Virus record (IMG/VR): IMGVR_UViG_3300042698_000010
Coordinates: 1-56,698 of that record
Source of the DNA: a virus
Lineage: Duplodnaviria; Caudoviricetes
Strand: one strand, 5' to 3'
Length of the DNA stretch: 56,698 nt
Both the position numbers and the translations under genes were made by a program. The notes under the pieces are model-generated. The model saw only the letters and a list, made by a program, of their open reading frames with translations. It made no database searches and had not been told where the DNA came from. Shown here in pieces: positions 33,733-43,299 of the stretch. Each line of letters opens with the position of its first letter. Positions within the stretch are counted from its first letter, which is position 1.

Positions 33733-36624
33733 TCAGAGCAGGAACGTCCCCGCCCCGGTGACCATGCGGTTGATCACCCGCTGCGCCGTCACCTCGCCGT
33801 CACCCACTTCGTTGATCGTGAAGTTGTTGACCACGGCCGGGCCGCCGTTGCCCGTGGGAACGGCCTGAGCGGCCCCCTGGCGGGTCGTACGGTTGCCGGT
33901 GGCACTCGGGGCCACGGACATCCCGAACGGCTGCGTGATGGCCCCCACAGCCGCGACGCCGGATGCCGGTACGGTCACACTCGCCAGCGGTGAGACGGCT
34001 GCGGCAGCCATGCCGATGGCTGCCCGGCTGGCCGCCGAGTTCATCGCGTCGATGCCGTTGACGAAGCCCTGGCCGACCTGCTCGCCGATGACCGTGAACA
34101 CCTTCGACGGCGAGTGAATCCCCAGGAAGTCCTTCGCCGCGTTGACAGCGCCGCTGGCCACGTCCTTGATCGCGCCCGCCAGGCTGCCCGCCAGGTTCTT
34201 CACGCCGTTGATCAGGCCCCGGATCAGGTCCTCACCCGCGTCGACCAGCAGCAGGCCGAAGCCACCGACGGCCTGAAGGATCTTCAGCGGCAGCTCGGTG
34301 AAGTTGTCGATCACGGTAGAGATGACGCCCGAGACCGTTTCCTTCAGCGACTTGAAGGCGCCCGAGAAGTCGCCCTTCAGCAGCGCGGCCACGGTGTTCA
34401 GCGCGGGCACGACCACGCTGGTCAGCATTGCGGCCAGCCGTCCCGCAAAGATGGCCGCCAGTTCGCCGATCAGTCCGATCAGCGGGGTGAGCAGAGGCAT
34501 GAGCGCGGTCAGGATCTGGGCCGCCAGCGCGCCGATCTGCTGAAGCACGGGCGCGAGCGCGAGCGCGACCTGAGCGAGCGCGGTAGAGATCTGGGCGAGC
34601 GACGGCTGAAGGGCCGTGAGCAGCGCGTTCAGGGGCGGCAGCAGTGCAGAGATCAGCGTGTTGAAGTTGTCCAGCAGCGGCTGGATCACAGTCGGCAGCG
34701 CCTGAAGGATCGGCGTCAGAACGGCGTCCAGGATGTTGGCGAGGGTCTGGAAGATCGGCGCCGTCTGGGCGATCACGGAACTCAGGGTGGTGAAGATCGG
34801 CGTCAGGATGGGGCCGATCTGGGCGACCAGCTGACCGGCCACGGCGAGCAGCGGCGCGACGGCGGTAACCAGCTGGCCGATGGCGCCGACCACGGTTCCG
34901 AGGACGGGGGCCAGCGCGATGATCACGGGGGTGAGCGCGGTGCCCAGCTCGGCGATCAGCTGCGCGGCGATCGGCAGCACCGGCGCGATGGCCACCGCCA
35001 CCTGACTGATCGCGTTCGCCAGGTCCTTCAGTACCCCGCTGTCCGCAATGCTGGTGATCGCGTCGCTCAGTCCGGTGGCGAGCGCCTGGACACCGGGCGC
35101 CAGCTCGGCCAGGGCCGGGCCGACGGCGCCGATCGCCTTCACGATGGCTGGCCCCAGGGTGTTCAGGACGGGCGCGAGCAGCGGCGCGAGGGTGCCGAGC
35201 TGCGTGGCGATGGCGCCGATGATCGGGCCGAGCTGCGCGGCCACGACGGCCAGGGTGCGGAAGACTTCCTGAAGCGCCTTCGTCCCCTCGGCCGACTTGA
35301 CCAGCGTCTCGACCTGGCCGGTGATCTGCACCAGGTTGTTGAGCAGCCCGCCGCCCACGCTCTGCGCTGCCGAGAACACGGCGCTCAGGATGCCGCCCAC
35401 GTTGCCGATGATGCCGCCCAGCTGGGCGAACACCGTAAGCGCGGTGTCGACCCACCGCACGGCGTTTCCACCGGTGGCCGCGTTGGTCAGGAACGCGCCG
35501 AGCTTGGACGAGACCGTGGCAATGCCGCTCGACAGCTGCGACCCGAAGGCCTTCGACACCGCACCGGCGATGGACAGGAAGCCCTGCGTAACGTCCTGAA
35601 GCGCCTGAGGCAGGCTGCCGAGCGCGTCGCCCGTTCCCTGAAGGATGTTGGTGACGTTCTTCACGCCCTCGGTCGACGCCACGTACGTCAGCACCGCGGA
35701 CGTGGCCCGGCCGAACTGGCTGCTGATCGTGGCCAGGCCGTCGCGCAGCGGGCCGCCGATAGCCTGCGCCGTTTCCTTGATCTGCCCCGAGAACTTCTCG
35801 AAGAAGACACCCTGGACCCGCTTGCGCAGGTCATCGAACTGGGGCTTCAGCGCGCGGACTTCCTTCGCCGCGGCCTGGGCCGAGGGGGCCAGGTCCTTGA
35901 TCGCCTTCTCGAAGGCCTTCGTGTCCCCCGTCAGCCCCGCCTTGAAGGCGTCGCCCACCCCGGCCGTCGCCAGCTTCAGCGCGCCGATGGCGGCCGCGCC
36001 GCCGAGGATCACGGCGGGCAGCGCGGCGAAGATGCCGACGGCCGGGGCCAGCGCGATGCCCAGCGAGAGAACGGACTGGGCGGCCGAGGCGGCGGCGATT
36101 CCGAGCGCGGCGATTCCGAGCGCGGCCGAGGTTGCCTTGCCCACCCCAGCCAGCGCGCCCGAGACGGTCTTCAGTGCGGACGCCAGCCGGGCACCGTTGA
36201 ACCGCGGTTCGATGTCGGCCCGGATGGTCGGGTTGCGGATCTCACGGATCCGGCGGTCGAAGCCGCGCACGTCCGGAACGACCCTGATCGGAATCTCGAT
36301 GCCAGCCGTCGCGGCCAGGATCATGCGGCGCCAGACGGCGGCGTTGACCTTCGGGACGACAGTGATCTCTACGGTGGGCAGCTTGCGCGTGAGAAGCGAC
36401 AGCTCGAACTGGAAGTCGCTGGTGTCCGCCGTGACCTGAATGGCCACGGGTGAGATCTTGCGGACGGCTCGGGTGATCGCCCGTTCCATGCGCTGTGCAG
36501 CGACACGGGCCCCGCGGTCCAGCGCTCGGGCGAGGCGGTCGGCGAGGTCTTCCGCGGCACGCTCGGCCGGTCCGTCGTCCAGCCTGATCGTGACGAAGCC
36601 AGAGCCGAGGTCCTCATCGGCCAC
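33733..36624 (-). CDS. Tape measure protein
   Basis: 963 aa of Ala/Leu/Ile-rich amphipathic repeats; LGIHSPSKVF motif; downstream of the frameshifting chaperones. Confidence 0.9.
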   Translation of the reverse strand: MADEDLGSGFVTIRLDDGPAERAAEDLADRLARALDRGARVAAQRMERAITRAVRKISPVAIQVTADTSDFQFELSLLTRKLPTVEITVVPKVNAAVWRRMILAATAGIEIPIRVVPDVRGFDRRIREIRNPTIRADIEPRFNGARLASALKTVSGALAGVGKATSAALGIAALGIAAASAAQSVLSLGIALAPAVGIFAALPAVILGGAAAIGALKLATAGVGDAFKAGLTGDTKAFEKAIKDLAPSAQAAAKEVRALKPQFDDLRKRVQGVFFEKFSGQIKETAQAIGGPLRDGLATISSQFGRATSAVLTYVASTEGVKNVTNILQGTGDALGSLPQALQDVTQGFLSIAGAVSKAFGSQLSSGIATVSSKLGAFLTNAATGGNAVRWVDTALTVFAQLGGIIGNVGGILSAVFSAAQSVGGGLLNNLVQITGQVETLVKSAEGTKALQEVFRTLAVVAAQLGPIIGAIATQLGTLAPLLAPVLNTLGPAIVKAIGAVGPALAELAPGVQALATGLSDAITSIADSGVLKDLANAISQVAVAIAPVLPIAAQLIAELGTALTPVIIALAPVLGTVVGAIGQLVTAVAPLLAVAGQLVAQIGPILTPIFTTLSSVIAQTAPIFQTLANILDAVLTPILQALPTVIQPLLDNFNTLISALLPPLNALLTALQPSLAQISTALAQVALALAPVLQQIGALAAQILTALMPLLTPLIGLIGELAAIFAGRLAAMLTSVVVPALNTVAALLKGDFSGAFKSLKETVSGVISTVIDNFTELPLKILQAVGGFGLLLVDAGEDLIRGLINGVKNLAGSLAGAIKDVASGAVNAAKDFLGIHSPSKVFTVIGEQVGQGFVNGIDAMNSAASRAAIGMAAAAVSPLASVTVPASGVAAVGAITQPFGMSVAPSATGNRTTRQGAAQAVPTGNGGPAVVNNFTINEVGDGEVTAQRVINRMVTGAGTFLL

Positions 36625-36797
36625 GGGTGCACCCCTTCCCGGTGGTTTGCGGGGTGCCCGGCCTAGCGCTCAGCAGCACGACCATGCTACCGGCGCAGCG
36701 GCTTGCGTTCCGTTCCCCGTTACGGGACAATGGTGGCAACGCAACCACACCAATGAACGGCGCGACGACCACCACCGTGACCACGAAGGAAGAGCTC

Positions 36798-37148
36798 ATG
36801 CAACGGACGGCAGTGCTCGCACTGACCGCAGCAGCCGTGACGGCCACGCTGCTCACCGGGTGCTCGGACGCATCCGACGATGACCGCAACCCGTGCGGCG
36901 CGCAGCCGATCGTCTACGTCGAACGCGAGGACGGCGAAGACGAGTACCACTGCGGCAGCACCGCGGGCAGCATCGTCCCGATCTACCTGATCGACATGGA
37001 CACGCAGCACAAGGCGAAGTCGACGCCGGGCAAGGCGGTCCCGTTCAGGCCCGCCCCGAAGCCCGCTGCGCCGAAGGTCAACGTCAACAAGCCCGCAGCC
37101 CCGGCGCCGAAGGCACCGGTCGCACCGCGTCCCGCCGGGAAGCGGTGA
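36798..37148 (+). CDS. Lipoprotein
   Basis: Signal peptide with lipobox LLTGC; K/P/A-rich tail; promoter TTGCGT-N17-GACAAT at 36703-36731. Confidence 0.75.
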   Translation: MQRTAVLALTAAAVTATLLTGCSDASDDDRNPCGAQPIVYVEREDGEDEYHCGSTAGSIVPIYLIDMDTQHKAKSTPGKAVPFRPAPKPAAPKVNVNKPAAPAPKAPVAPRPAGKR

Positions 37149-37152
37149 CGAC

Positions 37153-37515
37153 ATGGGCTACTTCTACAGCGCCTACCACTTCTACGGCGTCCACGTGCCG
37201 CAGGGCCAGTGGACCGAGGGCTACGCCGCGGCCGAAGGCGACCGGATCAGCGGCGTGATCCGCGACCTGGGCTTCAGCACCCGCGGCACGAAGGTGGGCC
37301 ACCTGTCCGCCGGGAAGTACGACCAGGACATGTTCTTCCTGCTGATCGACATTGATGGGCTGGACGCCGAGGTTGAACTGGGCGAGTACCGTGTGTCGAT
37401 GCCGCCCGCGTCGATCCCGCGAGAGTGGGACAAGGCGCTGGCCCAGGTGGCGTCCGCGGCGGGCTACAGCGGGCTGGCAAGGCCCGGCTGGATCACGGTT
37501 CCGTCGGTGGACTGA
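37153..37515 (+). CDS. Hypothetical protein
   Basis: Follows the lipoprotein; ends at hairpin 37526-37560. Confidence 0.7.
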   Translation: MGYFYSAYHFYGVHVPQGQWTEGYAAAEGDRISGVIRDLGFSTRGTKVGHLSAGKYDQDMFFLLIDIDGLDAEVELGEYRVSMPPASIPREWDKALAQVASAAGYSGLARPGWITVPSVD

Positions 37516-37525
37516 ACGGGCGGCA

Positions 37526-37560
37526 GAAGGGCCCCGCAGCTTCCCGCTGCGGGGCCCTTC
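37526..37560. terminator. Bidirectional terminator
   Basis: GAAGGGCCCCGCAGC / GCTGCGGGGCCCTTC. Confidence 0.75.
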
Positions 37561-37568
37561 GTCGTACA

Positions 37569-37928
37569 TCACCCGTATGCCGCGTCCGCGGCCGCCAGAC
37601 GGGCCATGAGCGCCTCTGCCGCTTCCACCGACATGACACCCCGGCTCGGCGCAGCCCGGCCGCTCAGGGCCGCCTCGCGGGCTTCCTTGCGCCTCTTCTC
37701 GCGGACGTCCGGCGGCTCGGCGGTCAGCTGCGCCTGAAGGCGCTGCCACTCGCTGTCGTCCTTCGCGCTTCGGCGCATCGAGACTTCGAAGGCCGCGAGC
37801 ACCCGGTTCAGGTCCCACCCGCGGGGGTCGGCCCCGCTCAATGCCAGGTCGCCCAGCCAGGCGTCCCAGCTGTCCGCCGCCAGCGTGGTCAGTCGGAAGA
37901 CGTGCCAGTGGCGGCGTCCTGGTTTCCC
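37569..37928 (-). CDS. Tail assembly chaperone, -1 frameshift extension (gpT-like)
   Basis: Open -1 frame entered at the slippery G-GGA-AAC (37922-37928); no start codon of its own with an RBS. Confidence 0.75.
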   Translation of the reverse strand, partial: GKPGRRHWHVFRLTTLAADSWDAWLGDLALSGADPRGWDLNRVLAAFEVSMRRSAKDDSEWQRLQAQLTAEPPDVREKRRKEAREAALSGRAAPSRGVMSVEAAEALMARLAAADAAYG

Positions 37929-38287
37929 GAGCCACCGCCGTACAGCTCGGCGGTCCACTCGATCATCTCGACCAGCACCCGCTGGGGGATGCGCGTGGCG
38001 GCGAACGCCTCGCGCGACTCTTCGAGCATGAGCCCCGAGAGGAACTCACGCATAGCACGGTCCAGGTCGGCGACGATGGACAGGTCGGTCTCGGCCTGCT
38101 TGGCGTGCTTGCTGGACGAAGCCTTGACGGGCTTCAGCTTGCGCGAGACCTCGGCCTGCACGTCCTGAAGCTCGGTGTACGCCGCGACGAACTCGGCCCC
38201 CTCTGCCTCGGGCTGGAAGAGGAAGGTCTGGTCCCCGATGCGCGCCGTATGGGGCTTCGTCCGGACTTCGAATACGCGCTCTGCCAT
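37889..38287 (-). CDS. Tail assembly chaperone (gpG-like)
   Basis: Ends ...WTAELYGGGSGNQ and contains the GGGAAAC slippery site. Confidence 0.8.
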   Translation of the reverse strand: MAERVFEVRTKPHTARIGDQTFLFQPEAEGAEFVAAYTELQDVQAEVSRKLKPVKASSSKHAKQAETDLSIVADLDRAMREFLSGLMLEESREAFAATRIPQRVLVEMIEWTAELYGGGSGNQDAATGTSSD

Positions 38288-38333
38288 GGCGGTGCCTCTC
38301 TTCGGCGGTTGCGTTGCCCGACCAGCTTAGCGG

Positions 38334-39713
38334 TTAGCGCCCGACCGGCCGGGCCCACCGCGAACCCTGCCGCTGCGCCGCCTCGGGCCGCGCGGCGGCA
38401 GGGTTGTGCTTGCGCGGGGGCTCGTTCCAGTCCAGGTAGGCGACGGCGTACCGGCCCGCGTCCATGCTGTGGTCATGCAGCTTCAGCGGGACTTCCTTCG
38501 GGATGCCGTCGGGCCCCCGCTCGACGGCCCAGACGTAGCCGTTCACCTCGCCCAGGAAGCCGCGCGGCCGCTTCTGCTGCTCGCCGACCAGGTCCCTGCC
38601 CAGGACGCATCCCCTGAAGACGTACAGGCGGGGCTTCCCGTCGCCCGCCGGACGCATGCGCGACTGCATGAGCTGCACGCCGCGAGAGACCGCCTTGCGG
38701 GCCGCCACGGTGGGCAGCCCGAGGTGCTTCGTCAGCGTGGCCCGGTCCTCGGCATCGTGGTCACAGACCACCGCGACCGGCATGCCCTCGGCGTCGCGGT
38801 TCTCGGCCAAAATTTCCTTGATCCGCTTGGCGTGGTCTTCGACCAGGGTCTGTGTCTGGTGGATCTCACGGGTCAGGTACATCCGGCCGTCGGGGTCGAC
38901 CCGCCACCACTGGCAGACGAACGGGTTGCTGTACCCGAAGTCCACGCTCAGGATCAGCGGCCAGTCCTTCGGGATCGGGAACCACTCGATCGCGTTGACG
39001 TTGTCGCGCCAGTCATCGAAGACCAGGCCTTCGGCTGCGGCCCAGAGGCCGTCCCGGTAGCGCAGCCGACGGACGCCGGTGAGTGAGTCCAGGAACGCCA
39101 GGTAGTCGGTTCCCGCGTCGGTCCAGGTCCCGTCCGGGTTGCACAGGTACGGGTTGTCCTCATGCACGGACGTGTACATGCGCATCTTGTTGGACGCGTC
39201 GTCGGCGCGCTTCTTCAGCCAGTGGTCCGGGTGGTCCGGGTTGCACGCCGCAACGATCTGCTTGTAGGTCGCCGCGCTGCCGCGCAGACGGGTGAGCAGC
39301 GTCTCGTAGGCAACCACCGACACCTGGTTGGCCTCGTCGATCAGCACCCGGTCCAGAGACATGGACAGCACCTTGCCGGGGTTGTCCATGCCGCCGACCA
39401 TGATCATGCTGCCGTTCGGGTAGCGGTAGCCCGCGGGCTTCGACGCCGAGCCGCCGAACCACTTCACCTTCCCGCTGGCGATCTCTTCCGCCGCTACGAA
39501 CTGCTCGAAGGCGACCAGGGTCGACGCGGTCAGCGAGGCGTGCGTCTGGCGCACGATCAGCGACTGCATGCCGCGGACCGAGCTGCTGTCCGCATGCAGC
39601 TTCATCAGCGCGGCAGCGGTCTTGCCCGTGCCCGCGCTGCCCACGATGGCCACCTCGGGCCCGTGGTCGCGGATCAGGTCGGCCGCTGCGCCGCGGGCGA
39701 CGAACTCACGCAC
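38334..39713 (-). CDS. terL: Terminase large subunit
   Basis: Walker A GSAGTGKT, Walker B VLIDEA, ACNP, nuclease SVDFGYSNP and DHSMDAGRY. Confidence 0.92.
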   Translation of the reverse strand: MREFVARGAAADLIRDHGPEVAIVGSAGTGKTAAALMKLHADSSSVRGMQSLIVRQTHASLTASTLVAFEQFVAAEEIASGKVKWFGGSASKPAGYRYPNGSMIMVGGMDNPGKVLSMSLDRVLIDEANQVSVVAYETLLTRLRGSAATYKQIVAACNPDHPDHWLKKRADDASNKMRMYTSVHEDNPYLCNPDGTWTDAGTDYLAFLDSLTGVRRLRYRDGLWAAAEGLVFDDWRDNVNAIEWFPIPKDWPLILSVDFGYSNPFVCQWWRVDPDGRMYLTREIHQTQTLVEDHAKRIKEILAENRDAEGMPVAVVCDHDAEDRATLTKHLGLPTVAARKAVSRGVQLMQSRMRPAGDGKPRLYVFRGCVLGRDLVGEQQKRPRGFLGEVNGYVWAVERGPDGIPKEVPLKLHDHSMDAGRYAVAYLDWNEPPRKHNPAAARPEAAQRQGSRWARPVGR

Positions 39714-40191
39714 TACGGGGCCGCTCTTCCAGGATGATCCGGATGCCGCCGTTGCCCTGGCTGTCATCGTCGGCCTTCGGCGCCGTGACGCCGTTCAGCT
39801 TCGTGATGCTCTCGACAAGGCGGCGCGCCTCATCGACGGCGCGCAGCTTCACGGCCCGGTCGTCCGGCGTCAGCTCGTTGCCGTTCTCGTCATAGATCGC
39901 CGGGGCATCCGCGTCCAGCATGTCGAGCGTCTCGGACAGAAGGTGTTCCAGCCGCAGGTTCGCCGTGTCCCGCATCGTGTCCGCGGTCTCTTCGGCGCGC
40001 AGCGTGGCGGCGGCCATGGCGTCGCCGACGGCGCGCAGCGCTGCGGCCGGGCTCGGCCGCCCCTCGCTGTCCGTGAAGCCGCACTTGTCGGCGATCTCGG
40101 ACCAGTGCGCGCCGCGCACCCGCAGCTTCATGGCCCTGTCCAGCCGCTGCTGGGCGAGCAGCTCGGCGGCCACGTTGTCGCTGTCGGCCAC
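39706..40191 (-). CDS. terS: Terminase small subunit (HTH)
   Basis: AMKLRVRGAHWSEIADKCGF HTH; directly upstream of terL. Confidence 0.7.
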   Translation of the reverse strand: MADSDNVAAELLAQQRLDRAMKLRVRGAHWSEIADKCGFTDSEGRPSPAAALRAVGDAMAAATLRAEETADTMRDTANLRLEHLLSETLDMLDADAPAIYDENGNELTPDDRAVKLRAVDEARRLVESITKLNGVTAPKADDDSQGNGGIRIILEERPRSA

Positions 40192-40553
40192 GATGGCCCC
40201 CTTCCGTCGTGACCAGGGTATCGGGCCCGGACACAGCGAAGCCCCGGCAGCGGTTGAGACTGCCGGGGCTTCGCCGCGCAACCACCCGAAGGGCACCACC
40301 GGGACCGGGGCGGACACAGTCAGGATAACGCACGCATGGCACAGCGAAGCCCCCGGTCCGCCAGGATGCCGGGGGCTTCGCCGCGAGCGCGGGGGAAGCG
40401 CGTGCGGGCAGTACCCACCCTATCGCTACAGCCGTGGTGCAACCGACCGTCGCGGACATGTCATACACCATCGGCGTCCGTGGTGCAACAGCATCCGTGA
40501 TCATGTGCTAGTGTTGAAAGTCACGCGAAGAAACACACCAAAGGCGGTGTCCC

Positions 40554-42404
40554 GTGGCTATCGACCCCTTCCCCAGCAAGCGCAACGATCCTGCGTGGGC
40601 CGACTTCACCGAGTCGCACGATCTCACCCAGGTTCCCCGCCATGCCCCGGCCGTCCCGCCGGGCATCGACGTCCAGGCGATGATCAAGCTTGTCGAGCAG
40701 GCACAGAACGTACAGTCGGCGATCCTCGCGCCCGAGCGCGAGAAGCTGCCCTGGTGGGCGAAGCACGACGTGGCCAAGACGACGTACTGGACGCTGCTCG
40801 TCCCCACGCTGGTGACCGGCTGCGCCAACACCGCGGCGCACCAGTGGGGGTCCACCGGCCCCGCCATCACCGGTGGCCTGGTCTCGGCCGCCGCCACCAC
40901 GCTCGGCGTGGTCGGCCTGAACAACAACTGGCGCAGCCAGGGGTTGGCCGTGATGCTCGCCGGTGCCGTCGGCGGTGCGTCCTGGTCGGCCGCTGCGGCC
41001 GGTGGCGGCTGGACCGAGGTCATGGCGTGGCTGGCCGCCGCCAGTGCCACGCTCGGGTTCAAGCTGATCTGGAACCGGAAGCACGCCGAGTCGAAGGCGA
41101 AGGTGGCCCTCACCGAGGCGAAGGTTCGCACCGAGCTGGCGAAGGGTGACGCGGTCAAGTCGAAGTCAGCCATCACGGACTCACTCGGCCTGCTGCGCCT
41201 TCAGGAAATGCAGCGCGCTGCAACGGCCGCCGCCGCACCCGCGTTGCACGGTGCAACGCCCGAAGAGCGCGCGTTGCGCTGCGCTGTCTGGGACGTGTTC
41301 CAGGTCGAGCTGTACAGCTGCAACGTGCGTTACACCAGGACCGGCTACGTCGCAACGGTCGGCCTGCCCGTTGCGCTGTCGCGCAACATCGCGCACTCGG
41401 CATGGGACAAGGTCTCGTCCGCGTTGCGGGCCGACGGCCGGTTCGTCGTCACGGACGGGCGGCTGTCCAACGAGCTGGATGTCAAGTTCCTGGACAACGC
41501 GAAGGTGTCGACCGAGCCGCTTCCGTGGGACGTATCGGTCATGCCGGACAACCCGGCGCAGCTGATGAGCATCGGCGTGGACACCGAGACCGGTGAGCCG
41601 GTCCATGTCCAGTTCGATGAGCGCCTTCTCGTCTGCGGCGCCTCGGGCACGGGCAAGTCCTGGTCGACCCGGCCCATGCTGGGCCATGCGCTGATCAACG
41701 GCGACATGGTCATGATCGATGGCAAGGGTGAAGAGGCGAACGTCTGGTGCAAGGTCTGCCGCGTCGCGGTCGAAGCCGAAGAGATCGAGCAGCTGATCGA
41801 TGCGCTGCACGCCGAGATGAACACGCGGAAGGCCATCCTGGCCGCCCGCGGGATCAGCGTCTGGGACGGCCCGCAGCTCACCGTGTTCGTGGACGAGAAC
41901 CAGGTTGTCCTGTCCGCCATCGGGAAGGACGCCGGTCGGATGCAGCGCTACCGCGAACTGAGCAGCCTCGGCCGCTCGCGCGGGATCGTGCTGTGGATCG
42001 CCACGCAGAAGCCGACCATGTCCGGCTCGGCCCCCGGCATCGACAGCCAGATGGCGGGCAACTTCCTGAACCGCTTCGCGCTGCGCGTGGCGAGCGAGCA
42101 GGAAGCCCGCACGGCTCTGGACGACAACGCCTACTACGAGCCCAACAAGATCCCCGAGGGGCGCGAGTGGCGGGGCCACGGCTACTGGAAGGGCTACGGC
42201 CCGGCGCTGATCCGCACCTGGACGATGGACGACGATGCGGTCCGGCGGCTGCCGGTGAGCATCTGGCGGGGCCAGTCGGAAGAGCCGCTGGACGTCCGCG
42301 CCAAGCGCTGGCTGGAAGCCAACCCGGACGGCTCACAGCGTGCGATGGCCGCTGCCCTCGGTGTCCCGCGCAGCACGCTGCAAGAGGCCCTGAAGGGCCT
42401 GTGA
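40554..42404 (+). CDS. FtsK/SpoIIIE-family membrane DNA translocase (TraB-like)
   Basis: About 4 N-terminal TM helices; Walker A GASGTGKS, IDGKG, Walker B VFVDE, GRSRGIVLWIATQKP; C-terminal HTH SQRAMAAALGVPRSTLQEAL. Confidence 0.85.
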   Translation: MAIDPFPSKRNDPAWADFTESHDLTQVPRHAPAVPPGIDVQAMIKLVEQAQNVQSAILAPEREKLPWWAKHDVAKTTYWTLLVPTLVTGCANTAAHQWGSTGPAITGGLVSAAATTLGVVGLNNNWRSQGLAVMLAGAVGGASWSAAAAGGGWTEVMAWLAAASATLGFKLIWNRKHAESKAKVALTEAKVRTELAKGDAVKSKSAITDSLGLLRLQEMQRAATAAAAPALHGATPEERALRCAVWDVFQVELYSCNVRYTRTGYVATVGLPVALSRNIAHSAWDKVSSALRADGRFVVTDGRLSNELDVKFLDNAKVSTEPLPWDVSVMPDNPAQLMSIGVDTETGEPVHVQFDERLLVCGASGTGKSWSTRPMLGHALINGDMVMIDGKGEEANVWCKVCRVAVEAEEIEQLIDALHAEMNTRKAILAARGISVWDGPQLTVFVDENQVVLSAIGKDAGRMQRYRELSSLGRSRGIVLWIATQKPTMSGSAPGIDSQMAGNFLNRFALRVASEQEARTALDDNAYYEPNKIPEGREWRGHGYWKGYGPALIRTWTMDDDAVRRLPVSIWRGQSEEPLDVRAKRWLEANPDGSQRAMAAALGVPRSTLQEALKGL

Positions 42405-42522
42405 GGCGGTGGCCGGACACCCGGCCGGGCCCCTGCCGGAACGATCGGCAGGGGCCCCTTGCAGCCTCGCACCGGCCGCCCTGCGGCCAACGGTCCGGCC
42501 GCCCACTGACCTGCGGAAACGG

Positions 42523-42559
42523 CGAAGCCCCCACCCTCTCGCGGAAGGTGGGGGCTTCG
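42523..42559. terminator. Bidirectional terminator
   Basis: CGAAGCCCCCACC / GGTGGGGGCTTCG. Confidence 0.7.
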
Positions 42560-42565
42560 TCCTGC

Positions 42566-42874
42566 TCAGCGCTTGTAGAGCGACTGCCACAGGTCTTCCA
42601 GCTCGGCGGGCCACTCGCATTCGTTCTCGCAGAAGTCGACGTGCGCGCCGCACTCGCAGTTCGGCGCCCGGTGCAGCAGCACAACCTTCGCCCAGCCGCT
42701 TCGGTAGAAGTCACCGCCGCCCTTCAGCTCGACCGTGTAGCTGCCGTCCACGTAGTCGAGCGTCCGGACGACCGGGCCGTAGCTGGTGCCGTCCAGGTCG
42801 CCGACGAAGCGGAAGCGGTCGCCGAACAAAAGCTGGTTGAAGTTCAGGACGGTGCCGGTCGGGGTAATCGCCAT
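42566..42874 (-). CDS. Hypothetical protein with a C-terminal Cys cluster
   Basis: GAGAGGA RBS; promoter TTGCAC-N17-TAGCGT at 42910-42938. Confidence 0.75.
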   Translation of the reverse strand: MAITPTGTVLNFNQLLFGDRFRFVGDLDGTSYGPVVRTLDYVDGSYTVELKGGGDFYRSGWAKVVLLHRAPNCECGAHVDFCENECEWPAELEDLWQSLYKR

Positions 42875-42960
42875 GGTGTGTTCCTCTCTCGCGGTTGCTT
42901 GCAAGAGCAACGCTACAGGGCCGGGGCTGCAAGTGCAACCCCGGCCCAGGATGATGTACA

Positions 42961-43299
42961 TCAGCTGTCGTACCCGTCCGGGTCGCCAGTCTCGCAGGTC
43001 ATCGAGAGCACCGTCACAGACCAGCTGCGGCAGTCGTCACGGTCGTTCAGGCCCGCGTCGATCCACGCGTCCAGCCGTGACGGGATCTCGTCCATCGGGA
43101 TGTAGTCGCCGTGGAAGGTGACGTCCAGCGTGGCCCGCACGCGCTTCGTGGTGCGCTTGCGGTCGACCGCCGCAGCGGCCTCACGGGCCGCTTCCAGCTG
43201 CGCCGCCTTCTCACGGACGCGGGCTTCGTGGCGGGCGGCCCACTCGTCCCATGCGGCCGCGTCTTCCAGCGCGTCCCAGTCCACCGGCTCGAAGCTCAT
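42961..43299 (-). CDS. Hypothetical protein
   Basis: ATGA coupling, RBS GAGGA. Confidence 0.7.
   Translation of the reverse strand: MSFEPVDWDALEDAAAWDEWAARHEARVREKAAQLEAAREAAAAVDRKRTTKRVRATLDVTFHGDYIPMDEIPSRLDAWIDAGLNDRDDCRSWSVTVLSMTCETGDPDGYDS

Noticed and set aside
37922-37928. Overlapping frames as a sequencing error or a novelty
   Set aside because: This is the well-known programmed -1 frameshift of tail assembly chaperones
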